Assembly (NCBI GenBank): GCA_963824995.1
Contig: CAWGRK010000001.1
Span: 201,094 to 265,093 of the forward strand
Length of the DNA stretch: 64,000 nt
Reading direction: 5' to 3'
From: an uncultured Actinomycetes bacterium
Lineage (GTDB): Bacteria > Actinomycetota > Acidimicrobiia > Spongiisociales > DATADW01
The position numbers were made by a program, and so were the translations under genes. Positions 30,701 through 39,984 of the stretch are shown here, piece after piece. The stretch's first letter is position 1; each line of letters opens with the position of its first letter. The notes under the pieces were generated by a model. That model had not been told where the DNA came from, did not search any database, and saw only the letters and a list, made by a program, of their open reading frames with translations.

Positions 30701-31182
30701 ACATCAAGATGGCCAACTCGATCGTGGACTACGTGTTCCGGGCGCTGGCCGTCGAGTACCTGCACAGGGACGAGCTTGCCCAGGTCCCTCCGCAGCGTGA
30801 CGGCGACCTGCCCGAACCACCCAAGGGCGTGGCCGCCGAGGCGGGTCTTCAGGTCGAGCTCTTCGACCATGCCGCCGAGCGCGACGTCGATGCCCTCAAG
30901 GCGGCGGCGTCCTTCGTTGATGGCCAGCCGTCCAACGGTCACTCCTCGGACCCATCCGTCGACGGCCGGGAGCCAGACGATCGGTCGCCCGACGTGGCGC
31001 ATCCGGTTCCAAGCCGCCAGACGGTGGCATTGGCGGCAGAAGCCGGGACCCGGGCGATGCAGGCGGCGTTGGAGGACATGATGGGCGACGCACCGTTGTG
31101 TGACGTGTGCGGCCACATCACCATCCGCAACGGCAGCTGCTACAAGTGCCTCAACTGCGGGAACTCCCTGGGGTGCAGCTGA
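27741..31182 (+). CDS. nrdJ: Vitamin B12-dependent (class II) ribonucleotide reductase; frameshift near 27828
   Basis: PNSPQWFN, ACFI, TNPCAEY, ACNLAS and IAPTGTI motifs, C-terminal TSCPD-like region and CxxC...CxxC tail. N-terminus MARRTTTGLRIDRRFT is in an adjacent frame with a GGGAGG RBS. Confidence 0.95.
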
Positions 31183-31260
31183 TGGAGAGCTTCGACTGAG
31201 CGGGAAGGTCCTGGCATGCGACGAGGTTGCACACTGCAATAATCCGTAGCTGGAGGCGAA

Positions 31261-32340
31261 GTGAAACCCGTGCTGGAGCTGGTCGAGCTCTCGATGCCGT
31301 GGATCGGGGTGGACCCATTCATCATGACCGTCCACCATGTGGATCATTACCCGGCAGGGAACGAGTGGCAGGGTCCGGCGGCCGACCTCGACGGGCGGCG
31401 TCTCAGCGCCGACTTCTCGTACCGCGACGGCTGGAGCATGTACCACGGGATCAGGGTTCCCGGCTTCCCCCAACACCCCCACCGCGGTTTCGAGACGGTC
31501 ACCGTGGTCCGCCGCGGGTACATCGACCATTCCGACTCGCTCGGGGCGACGGCTCGCTACGGCGAGGGCGACACCCAATGGCTCACCACCGGGTCGGGGA
31601 TCCAGCACTCAGAGATGTTCCCGCTGGTGAACGGAGAGGGGTCCAACGACCTCGAACTTTTCCAGATCTGGCTCAATCTTCCACCGGAGTCGAAGATGGT
31701 TCCGGCCCACTTCTCGATGCTTTGGTCAGAGGAGATACCGACCGTGGTCGCCGAGGGGGGCATGGTGACGGTGGATGTCATCGCCGGCACTCTCGACGGG
31801 CACCGTGCTCCTCCACCGCCGCCCGATTCGTGGGGATCGCGCTCCACATCAGACCTCGCAATCTGGCTGATCAGGGTGGCGCCCGGAGCAACATGGAACG
31901 TCCCCGCCGCCCCTGCCGGGGTGAATCGGGTGCTCCACTGCTACCTCGGCTCCGATGTCACCGTAGGAGGTGCCCCGGCCGCTGCCGGCATCGGGCTCCG
32001 GCTCGCCGACACGATCGACATCCCGATCGTCAACCGGGCGGGGCCTGCCGAGTTCCTGCTTCTCCAGGGCCGACCCATAGGTGCTCCGGTGTTCCAGATG
32101 GGACCGTTCGTGATGAACAGCGCCGAGGAGATCCAGCAGGCGTTGCTCGATTACCGGAGCACCGAGTTCGGCGGCTGGCCCTGGTCGAGCCGGGAGCCGG
32201 TGCACCACCGCACATCGGGTCGGTTCGCCCTCCACGCCGACGGCCGGGTGGAAGAGAGACCGGCCGATCAAGATCGGGGAGCCAGCCCGCTGAGCAATCC
32301 ACATGCTGCCGGCCTTCTTCGTGTAGACATGTCGGACTGA
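31261..32340 (+). CDS. Pirin family protein
   Basis: GFPQHPHRGFETVT, GIQHSEMFP, QIWLNLP and GPFVMN motifs. Confidence 0.92.
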   Translation: MKPVLELVELSMPWIGVDPFIMTVHHVDHYPAGNEWQGPAADLDGRRLSADFSYRDGWSMYHGIRVPGFPQHPHRGFETVTVVRRGYIDHSDSLGATARYGEGDTQWLTTGSGIQHSEMFPLVNGEGSNDLELFQIWLNLPPESKMVPAHFSMLWSEEIPTVVAEGGMVTVDVIAGTLDGHRAPPPPPDSWGSRSTSDLAIWLIRVAPGATWNVPAAPAGVNRVLHCYLGSDVTVGGAPAAAGIGLRLADTIDIPIVNRAGPAEFLLLQGRPIGAPVFQMGPFVMNSAEEIQQALLDYRSTEFGGWPWSSREPVHHRTSGRFALHADGRVEERPADQDRGASPLSNPHAAGLLRVDMSD

Positions 32341-33827
32341 TGGAGCAGGAGCCACCCGCTAACGAATCGGACGAACCACGGGCTGCCGAGCCGGTCGAAC
32401 CAACCGAGCCGGGCGAGCCTGTAGAGGTGACAGCCGATCCGAGCGAGCCAATCGAGCCGATCGAGGTACCAGCCGATCCGAGCGAGCCAATCTGGCCGGC
32501 AGACCCACCTGCCGATCCGATCGAACCGATCGAGCCAAGCGAACCGATCGAGCTCGAGGTGCAAGCAGGTCCAGGGCCGAGCGACCCGGCAACGGATGCT
32601 CCTGGGTCAGCGCCTGAGTCGGTGCCAGAGTCGGTGATTGCCGTGCCGGTTGCAGCCACCGGGCCAACCCGCCAAGAACTCGAGGCGAGGATCGCCCAGC
32701 TCTCGTCGGAGCTGGAGGAGGTCAAATCCGCCGGTCCCCCGCGTCACCCCGTTCGAACGACGATCAGCTGGGTTTTGCTGGTGCTGGCTTCGTTGGGGGT
32801 CGTGGCGTCGACCTTGTCGTTCTGGGTGCACGAGACGTTGTTCGACACCGATCGGTTCATGGCGGTTGTCGAGCCGGTACTGCGCGACCCCGCCGTAGAC
32901 AGAGCACTCGCCACCCGACTCGGTGACCAGGTGGTGACTGCACTCGATCCGGAGACCCGGGTCAACGACGCCCTGGACCGCATCCAGGAGAGAGTGGCCG
33001 AAGAGATCAGCCAGGACGTCGGTAGCGGCGGCGTGGTGCGAACCGCCATCGAACAGCGGCTGTCGGCGGCGCTCGACAACCTGGGAGCGAGCATCGCCGG
33101 CGCAGTCGAGGGGGCGCTACGCAGCGCAATCGATGCGATTGTCGGCTCCGATCAATTCGAGAACCTGCTGGTCGAAGTGACCGAAAGGGCGCAACCACGC
33201 GCCGTCGCTCTGCTCCGTGGCGATTACGACCAGCTTCCAAACACTGTTGTCGCCGAGGGCAAAGTCACCATCAACCTTCTGCCGCCGATAGCAGAGGCGT
33301 TGAGGAGTGTGGCCCAGCGCGGGCTGGACCTGCTTGGGATCGACGCCACCATCCCGACGATCGACCCCGGCGAGGAGCACGGGGCTGCGCTCCAGAAACT
33401 CTCGACCGCCCTCGGCTTCGAGCTACCTCCGGACTTCGGTCAGGTCACGGTGATGGACGCCGACACCCTTGCCGAGTACCAGGCGGTGATAAGGACCTTC
33501 GACCGGCTCGTCTGGCTGCTGGTGGTCATCACCATCCTCCTGATGGTGGCTGCGGTGCTGGTGGCGGTACGCCGCCTCCCCATGATCGGCTGGGTCGCTC
33601 TTGGCGCAGTGGTCGCCTTGGTCCTCACCGGCCTCTCCATCCGGTTGGTGGAGAGCAGGGTCCTCGAGGCCTTCACCCACCCCGAGGGTCAGGCAGCCGC
33701 CGAGGTGATCCTCGACCAGCTCATCGGCAGCCTGCGCGGCACCGGGATCCTCGTCGCAGCCGTGTTTGCGGTGATAGCCCTCGTGATCCTGGTGATGTCG
33801 CTGCGGAGGCGGACCGCCACCGCCTGA
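32340..33827 (+). CDS. Integral membrane protein with acidic Pro/Glu-rich repetitive N-terminus
   Basis: ATG overlaps the pirin stop; EPxEP/ADPSEPI repeats, one TM, a large helical domain and three C-terminal TM segments. Confidence 0.75.
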   Translation: MEQEPPANESDEPRAAEPVEPTEPGEPVEVTADPSEPIEPIEVPADPSEPIWPADPPADPIEPIEPSEPIELEVQAGPGPSDPATDAPGSAPESVPESVIAVPVAATGPTRQELEARIAQLSSELEEVKSAGPPRHPVRTTISWVLLVLASLGVVASTLSFWVHETLFDTDRFMAVVEPVLRDPAVDRALATRLGDQVVTALDPETRVNDALDRIQERVAEEISQDVGSGGVVRTAIEQRLSAALDNLGASIAGAVEGALRSAIDAIVGSDQFENLLVEVTERAQPRAVALLRGDYDQLPNTVVAEGKVTINLLPPIAEALRSVAQRGLDLLGIDATIPTIDPGEEHGAALQKLSTALGFELPPDFGQVTVMDADTLAEYQAVIRTFDRLVWLLVVITILLMVAAVLVAVRRLPMIGWVALGAVVALVLTGLSIRLVESRVLEAFTHPEGQAAAEVILDQLIGSLRGTGILVAAVFAVIALVILVMSLRRRTATA

Positions 33828-33855
33828 GTCCCGGGCGATCTCAAACTCCGCAGTT

Positions 33856-35619
33856 ATGGTCGACCGTATGCGGTCATCTCGGCTGATTCGGCGCGCCCTC
33901 GCGCTCACCGTTGCGCTGTCCTTGGCGCTGTCGGTCCCAACCAGTGCCGGGGCCGCGCCCTCCACCCCCTCGGAGTGTCTTGCCTACACCGGCAACCAGT
34001 TCGCCGAGCTGTTCGACACCGCCCAACTTCCCAACCTCGAGACCCTCGACCCGCTGCCGGCGATCACCGGCGACGCAACCCGCGACGCCGCCATCAGGGA
34101 GGCAGCCGAAGAGCGCGGTTACGAACTCCGTCCCGTCCCGGTCGAACCGCTCCCCTGGGCAGATGGGTTCCAACTCCAGGCCGAGGCGGCGGCGGCATGG
34201 GAGTCGCTCCAGTCGGCTTCGGCCGGCGCCGGCGTGCCGCTGCTCATCGTCTCCGGTTACAGGAGCGTGGACGACCAACGCGTCACCTTCCTCGACCGGG
34301 TGGGGAGATACGGCTCGGTGGAGGCGGCTCTGGCCTGGGTGGCACCGCCCGGCTACTCCAAGCACCAAACCGGATATGCGGTGGACATCACCCAATCGGG
34401 GTGGGACCGCACCGGGTTCGCCGGCAGCCCCGCCTTCGGCTGGCTCACCGCGGACAACTACGCGGTGGCCCAGGCTCACGGGTTCATCCCCAGCTATCCG
34501 CCCGACGCCGCCTGCCAGGGCCCGAACCCGGAGCCATGGGAGTTCACCTATGTCGGGGTCGGCCAGGTGGCATGTGGGGGTCTCAACATCGGGATCCCGC
34601 CCCGCATCCAGGCCGAGGGGACCGACGGATCTCTCGACGACCTGAGAGTCTGCCCCCACCAACCACTTGCCCGCGGGGCCATGTCCGACTTCCTCTCCAA
34701 TGCGCTCCGGCTCGGGCCATCGGCGGGGGACACCTTTGTCGATGACAACGGCCACTGGTACGAGGCTGGGGTGGAAGCGCTCGCTGCCGCCGGCATAACC
34801 GAAGGCTGCAATCCACCCGCCAACGACCGTTTCTGCCCGGACCGGTTGGTGACGCGGGGGTCGGTGGCGGCGTTCCTGGTACGCGCTCTCGGGCTGCCCG
34901 ACGCCACCGGCGACACATTCACCGACGACAACGGCTCCGTGTTCGAAGGTGAGATCGAGGCGCTGGCGGCCGCAGGGATCACCGAGGGGTGCACGCCGGC
35001 TGGAGACCTCTACTGCCCCGACGAACCGGTGACCCGCAACCAGATGGCCGACCTTCTGGAAAGGGCGCTCGGGATCACCATCGAAGGCCCGGGCACCTTT
35101 GTCGACGACGAGTCGTCGTCCTTCGAACCGGACATCGAGTGGCTCGCCGCCGAGGGCATCACGACCGGTTGCAATCCGCCCGAGAACGACCACTTCTGCC
35201 CCGATGAACCCGTCACCCGGGCGCAGATGGCCAGCTTCCTCGACCGAGCGCTCGACCTACCCAAGGCCGACGGCGACCGGTTCAGCGACGACGACAACTC
35301 GACCCACGAGGCGGCGATCGAACGTCTGGCCGCCGCCGCGATCACAACCGGGTGCGGCACCGGACTCTATTGCCCAGACGAACCGGTTACGCGGGCGCAG
35401 ATGGCCAGCTTCCTCGACCGAGCGCTCGACCTACCCAAGGCAGACGGCGACCGGTTCAGCGACGACGACAACTCGACCCACGAGGCGGCGATCGAACGTC
35501 TGGCCGCCGCCGGGATCACCGGCGGGTGCGACGCCGGCGGCACCCTCTACTGCCCCGACGATCCAGTGACCCGTGGGCAGATGGCGGCATTCCTCCACCG
35601 CGCCGCTCAACTCGGCTGA
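33856..35619 (+). CDS. Secreted M15B (VanY/LdcB-like) D,D/L,D-carboxypeptidase domain plus SLH-like repeats
   Basis: Signal peptide; SGYRS, APPGYSKHQTGYAVD and EPWE motifs; about five repeats of F.DD......IE.LA..GIT.GC....(F/Y)CPD..VTR.QMA.FL.RAL. Confidence 0.85.
   Translation: MVDRMRSSRLIRRALALTVALSLALSVPTSAGAAPSTPSECLAYTGNQFAELFDTAQLPNLETLDPLPAITGDATRDAAIREAAEERGYELRPVPVEPLPWADGFQLQAEAAAAWESLQSASAGAGVPLLIVSGYRSVDDQRVTFLDRVGRYGSVEAALAWVAPPGYSKHQTGYAVDITQSGWDRTGFAGSPAFGWLTADNYAVAQAHGFIPSYPPDAACQGPNPEPWEFTYVGVGQVACGGLNIGIPPRIQAEGTDGSLDDLRVCPHQPLARGAMSDFLSNALRLGPSAGDTFVDDNGHWYEAGVEALAAAGITEGCNPPANDRFCPDRLVTRGSVAAFLVRALGLPDATGDTFTDDNGSVFEGEIEALAAAGITEGCTPAGDLYCPDEPVTRNQMADLLERALGITIEGPGTFVDDESSSFEPDIEWLAAEGITTGCNPPENDHFCPDEPVTRAQMASFLDRALDLPKADGDRFSDDDNSTHEAAIERLAAAAITTGCGTGLYCPDEPVTRAQMASFLDRALDLPKADGDRFSDDDNSTHEAAIERLAAAGITGGCDAGGTLYCPDDPVTRGQMAAFLHRAAQLG
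35218..35512 (+). repeat. Recent intragenic duplication of an SLH-like unit (174-bp period)
   Basis: 35218-35338 and 35392-35512 are identical except for one synonymous change. Confidence 0.9.
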
Positions 35620-36233
35620 ATCTGCTCCCCGATCGATCCCACAGCCGGTGCCAGCAACCAGAGGGCAACGGCGGCGAGCACATGCCATACGGCGTGTCCC
35701 TGGAGCAGGCTGTCGGGGCGGCAGAACGGGGCACCGCTGCGTGTCAACGTCCCTATCAACGCCCCGACTCCGAGGGCGGCCATCGCGGTGACGATCGAGC
35801 GGCGCAGCGCCGGTCGCACCCGGGCGCGCTGTAAGGAGAGCGCTACCGCCGCGATCGCCAAACCCGCCTGAACGAGATCTCCCGACTCCGGTGCCACCGC
35901 CACCACCGGGGCCACCGCCGCCACCGGCAGGACCCACCACGCGGCGGAGAGCGGCCTTCCCGCCAGGTCCGAGGCCGCGTCCACGGCCACATATGCGGTC
36001 AGCGCCACCAGGGGAAGGTCGTGCGCCAGGTCGGCCCATGGCGGGTATGGACCGTGCAGCGCCAAAGACCCGGCACCGTTGAGGGCTACCAGGATCCCGA
36101 ATACGGGGTGGCTCGGCTTGCGGGCGAGAATGGCCACACCGGCGACGACGAAGGCCAGGCTGGAGACCGCGTTGACCGGCTGTCCGAGAAACCCTGTGCC
36201 GAACTGCTCGCAGTCGAAATCGGGCCCAGCCAT
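35607..36233 (-). CDS. Ceramidase-like (CREST superfamily) membrane protein
   Basis: DCE..., QPVNAVSSLAF, SxxxH (GSLALH), HD and HAVWH motifs; several TM segments. Confidence 0.7.
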   Translation of the reverse strand: MAGPDFDCEQFGTGFLGQPVNAVSSLAFVVAGVAILARKPSHPVFGILVALNGAGSLALHGPYPPWADLAHDLPLVALTAYVAVDAASDLAGRPLSAAWWVLPVAAVAPVVAVAPESGDLVQAGLAIAAVALSLQRARVRPALRRSIVTAMAALGVGALIGTLTRSGAPFCRPDSLLQGHAVWHVLAAVALWLLAPAVGSIGEQIQPS

Positions 36234-36344
36234 TCCGGCGTCAGTGAGCGCGGAATGCTGGGTGAAGCGGGTCTTGTCCACGTGACACCGTACCGCCCTG
36301 CCGATCACCCGTTGCGACCCCGCAACCTCGGGTTATGGTGGTCC

Positions 36345-36358
36345 TACAAACGATTGCG
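36345..36358. promoter_or_regulatory. Putative LacI-family operator
   Basis: TACAAACGATTGCG with central CG, just downstream of TTGCGA-N16-TATGGT. Confidence 0.55.
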
Positions 36359-36419
36359 CCTGCAATAGGTGATTCCCCACAGTGGGCGTCTCCGTGAGGG
36401 CGACGAAGGGAGGCCGTCG

Positions 36420-37355
36420 ATGTCGAGCCCGGTTCTCAGCCGGTCTGTCGGGTGGATCGGGACAGGTCGCATGGGTTTCGCCCTCGCCGGCCGTCTGCTC
36501 GATGCCGGTGCCGATCTGCGCGTGTGGAACCGAACCAGGTCCAAGGCGGAACCGCTTACGGAGAATGGGGCCAAGCTCGTCGATTCGCCGGCCGAACTCG
36601 CCGACGCCGACGTGGTGTTCACCATGGTGGCCGGTCCCGACGACGTCCTCGAGGTCACCATCGGGCCCAATGGGGTCCTGTCGCGGGACGACGTCAGGCC
36701 GTCTGTGCTCGTGGATTCGACCACCATCGACCCGGCGACCTCGGCCACGCTCCGCGAAGAAGCGTCGGCCCGGGGAACGGCAGTTCTGGCCGCACCCGTG
36801 TCGGGAAACCCCAAGGTCGTCGCGTCGGGGCGGCTGACGGTGGTGGTTTCGGGGCCGCAGGATGCCTACGAGATGGCCCGGCCCTACCTGGACCACTTTG
36901 GGCGGCGGGTCACCTACGTGGGACCGGGAGACGAGGCGCGGCTGGTCAAGATCTGCCACAACCTGATGCTGGGTGTTGTCACTCAGAGCATGGCCGAGAT
37001 CACCGTGCTCGCCGAGGCGGCCGGGGTGAGCCGGGCGTCGTTCCTCGAGTTCCTCAACGACAGCGTCATGGGTTCCACCTTCACCCGCTACAAGACGCCC
37101 GCATTCGTCAAGCTCGACTACTCGCCCACCTTCACCATGGAACTCCTCCGCAAGGACTTCGAGCTGGGTCTCGATACCGCACGCCAACTCGACGTCCCTC
37201 TGCCCCTCTCGGCGCTGGTCCACTCCATGGTGATGGAGGCAATAGGCCTCGGGTACGGTGATCAGGATTTCGCTTCGTTGTTGGACAAGGAGGCCCGGGC
37301 GGCGGGCCGAGAGCTCACACCCGAAGATGCCGACGTAGGTGACGGGCTGGGATGA
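36420..37355 (+). CDS. NAD(P)-dependent beta-hydroxyacid dehydrogenase (3-hydroxyisobutyrate DH family)
   Basis: GWIGTGRMG, VWNRT, APVSG, KICHN and LLRKDF motifs. Confidence 0.88.
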   Translation: MSSPVLSRSVGWIGTGRMGFALAGRLLDAGADLRVWNRTRSKAEPLTENGAKLVDSPAELADADVVFTMVAGPDDVLEVTIGPNGVLSRDDVRPSVLVDSTTIDPATSATLREEASARGTAVLAAPVSGNPKVVASGRLTVVVSGPQDAYEMARPYLDHFGRRVTYVGPGDEARLVKICHNLMLGVVTQSMAEITVLAEAAGVSRASFLEFLNDSVMGSTFTRYKTPAFVKLDYSPTFTMELLRKDFELGLDTARQLDVPLPLSALVHSMVMEAIGLGYGDQDFASLLDKEARAAGRELTPEDADVGDGLG

Positions 37356-37368
37356 AGGACGGTCGACG

Positions 37369-38826
37369 ATGCAGCTTCTGAAGGAACTGATCGAGGCCGG
37401 CGGCACCCGCCTCTGGATCGGCGGGGAGTGGCGCGAGGCGTCCGACGGGGTCGCCTTCGACGTCCTCGATCCCGCCACCGGTGAGTCGATCACCTCAGTG
37501 TCGTCCGGATCCGCCGATGACGCCGACGCTGCGGTGTCTGCGGCTGCCGCGGCAGCCGAGGAGTGGGCAACGACACCACCCCGCGACAGGGCCGAGATCC
37601 TGCGCCGCGCCTTCGAGTTGATGGCCGGTGAAGCTGATGGGTTCGCCGAACTGATCGTGGCCGAGATGGGCAAGGCATTGACCGAAGCGCGGGGCGAGGC
37701 GACCTACGCCGCCGAGTTCTTCAGGTGGTACTCGGGGGAGGCGGTTCGCAACGAGGGCTCACTGATGACCGCCCCCGCCGGTGACAAGCGGATCATCTCG
37801 ATCCACCAACCGGTTGGGGTCTCGCTGCTGGTGACACCCTGGAACTTCCCCGCCGCCATGGCCACCCGCAAGCTCGGCCCTGCCATCGCCGCCGGGTGCA
37901 CGACCATCCTCAAGCCTGCTTCGGACACGCCGCTGACGGCCCTGGCCATGGCACGCCTCCTCGACGAGGCCGGTCTCCCCCCGGGTGTGGTCAACGTCAT
38001 CCCCTCCAACCGGTCCTCGGAGGTCGTGCCCGCCATGCTCGCCGACGACCGGGTCCGCAAGCTTTCCTTCACAGGGTCGACCGAGGTGGGCCGGGGTCTT
38101 CTGGAGCATGCCGCCAAGAGGGTGGTCAACTGCTCAATGGAACTGGGGGGCAACGCCCCCTTCATCGTCTTCGGCGACGCCGACCTCGACGAGGCCGTAG
38201 CCGGTCTCATGGTCGCCAAGATGAGGAATGGCGGGCAGTCGTGCATCGCCGCCAACCGGATCTACGTCGAGGCTTCGGTGGCAGACGACTTCGCCTCCCG
38301 CTTCACCGCGGCGATGGCTGCGGTGAAGGTCGGGCCGGGGTTGGAACCCGGTGTAGACCTCGGGCCGGTGATCAACAAACGGGCCCGCGACGACATGAAG
38401 GAGATGGTGGAGAAATCGTCCGATGCAGGATCGGAGGTCGCACTTGGTGGAGCTCCTATCGACCGGCCTGGTTGGTTCTACCCGCCCACGGTGCTAACCG
38501 ATGTCGATCCATCCGACCCGATCCTCTCCGAGGAGATTTTCGGCCCGGTGGCGCCGCTGGTCCGGTTCGGTGACGAGGCGGAGGTGATCACCATGGCCAA
38601 CGAGACCGAGCACGGCTTGGCCTCTTACGTCTACACGTCGGACCTGAGCCGCGGGTTGCGGGTAGCAGAGGCACTGGAGGCAGGGATGGTCGGAGTCAAC
38701 CGGGGTCTCATCTCCGACCCCGCCGCACCTTTCGGCGGCGTCAAGCAGTCAGGGATCGGCCGTGAGGGCGGGCACCAAGGGCTGGCCGAGTTCCTCGAGA
38801 CCAAGTACGTGGCGGCATCGTGGTGA
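37369..38826 (+). CDS. gabD: NAD-dependent succinate-semialdehyde dehydrogenase-like ALDH
   Basis: TPWNFP, SFTGSTEVG, MELGGNAP, GQSCIAANR, EEIFGP and PFGGVKQSGIGREG motifs. Confidence 0.85.
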   Translation: MQLLKELIEAGGTRLWIGGEWREASDGVAFDVLDPATGESITSVSSGSADDADAAVSAAAAAAEEWATTPPRDRAEILRRAFELMAGEADGFAELIVAEMGKALTEARGEATYAAEFFRWYSGEAVRNEGSLMTAPAGDKRIISIHQPVGVSLLVTPWNFPAAMATRKLGPAIAAGCTTILKPASDTPLTALAMARLLDEAGLPPGVVNVIPSNRSSEVVPAMLADDRVRKLSFTGSTEVGRGLLEHAAKRVVNCSMELGGNAPFIVFGDADLDEAVAGLMVAKMRNGGQSCIAANRIYVEASVADDFASRFTAAMAAVKVGPGLEPGVDLGPVINKRARDDMKEMVEKSSDAGSEVALGGAPIDRPGWFYPPTVLTDVDPSDPILSEEIFGPVAPLVRFGDEAEVITMANETEHGLASYVYTSDLSRGLRVAEALEAGMVGVNRGLISDPAAPFGGVKQSGIGREGGHQGLAEFLETKYVAASW

Positions 38827-38837
38827 GGGTCGAGGCG

Positions 38838-39864
38838 TCAACCGGCCACCGGGCCGGTTGAGTCCCGAATCACCAGCGAGGGCGTCAGCCGCACCGAGAC
38901 CGCTTCATCCCGAGGTCCCGACTCGATCGCCTCGAGGACCGCCTCGGCCGATTTGACGCCGATCAGGTAGTGGGGGATCCGGATCGTGGTCAGAGCCGGA
39001 TCGAGCTTGTCGGCGAAGGGTATGTCGTTGTATCCCACCACGGACACGTCCTTCCCCACTCGAAGCCCGCGCTCCTTGAGGACGTCGTAGCAGCCGATGG
39101 CGATCAGGTCGTTGGCGGCAACAACCGAGGTGAACCGGGAACCACGGTCGAGCAGGGTGCGGAAGGCGGCCGCTCCCGGCTCCTCGGAGAACCAGGCTGC
39201 CTCGACGATGAGGTCCGGATCGACTTCCAACCCGGCGGTCTGCATCCAGGCCGTGAAGCTCTCGTGCCGGGCCAGGCCGGTGGAAACGCTGTGCGGGCCG
39301 GAGACATGGGCGATTCGCCGGTGCCCCAGCGATACGAGATGGCGGACCGCCAGCCCAATGCCGGCGTGATCATCACCCACCACCGAGGGGACCGAGGCGT
39401 CGTCCATGGTCCTGTTGACCAGGACCACGGGCACCCGTGAAGCGATGACCTCCTCGATTCCCGGATCGTTTCGCTCGGCTGTGGCCAGGATCAGTCCGTC
39501 CACGCGGCGGGTCAGCATCGTCTGCAGCATCTGCTTTTCCCTGGCCGGGTCGTTGTCGGTATTGGCCAGTATGAGCGTGTAGTCGGACCGCCCGAGGGTG
39601 TCCTCGATGCCCCTGGCGATGGGCGGGAACAGAGGATTGGTGAGGTCGGGGAGCAGCATCCCCACGGTGTACGTCTTGTTGGTCTTCAAGCCCGCGGGCG
39701 AGTGAGTTCGGCTGGTACCCGAGATCGCGGGCCGCCTTGATCACGCGTTCGACCGTGACTTCGCTGACCAGGGCTCGGGTAGACCTGTTGAGGGCGCGAG
39801 ATGCCGTCGAGGCGTGGACCCCGGCCTGCTCCGCCACATCGCGCAAGGTGACGGCCCGGATCAT
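38838..39864 (-). CDS. LacI family transcriptional regulator; frameshift near 39691
   Basis: HTH TLRDVAEQAGVHASTASRALN...YQPNSLARG, then the ligand domain (NPLFP, ANDLIAIG, VVGYND, LTTIR) in the next frame. Confidence 0.9.
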
Positions 39865-39984
39865 GGCCCGGATTCTAAGGCTGACCCCGGCGCGCCGTTC
39901 GGTGGCCCGAACTCTCTTCCGGATGGCCTAGCTCGAGCGACATCATCACAGGAAGGCTTGGCAAGGCGGTGGCGCCGGGTGGGC

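Noticed and set aside
27741..31182. Intein or programmed frameshift in nrdJ
   Set aside because: No intein or homing-endonuclease motifs and no slippery heptamer; the single indel fits the window-wide error pattern.
32390..32560. GAGCCGATCGAG-like repeats as a possible array
   Set aside because: In-frame Pro/Glu-rich low-complexity coding sequence.
31227..33827. 866-aa ORF suggesting a large fusion overlapping pirin
   Set aside because: The first ~370 codons are an off-frame read of pirin; the real gene starts at ATG 32340.
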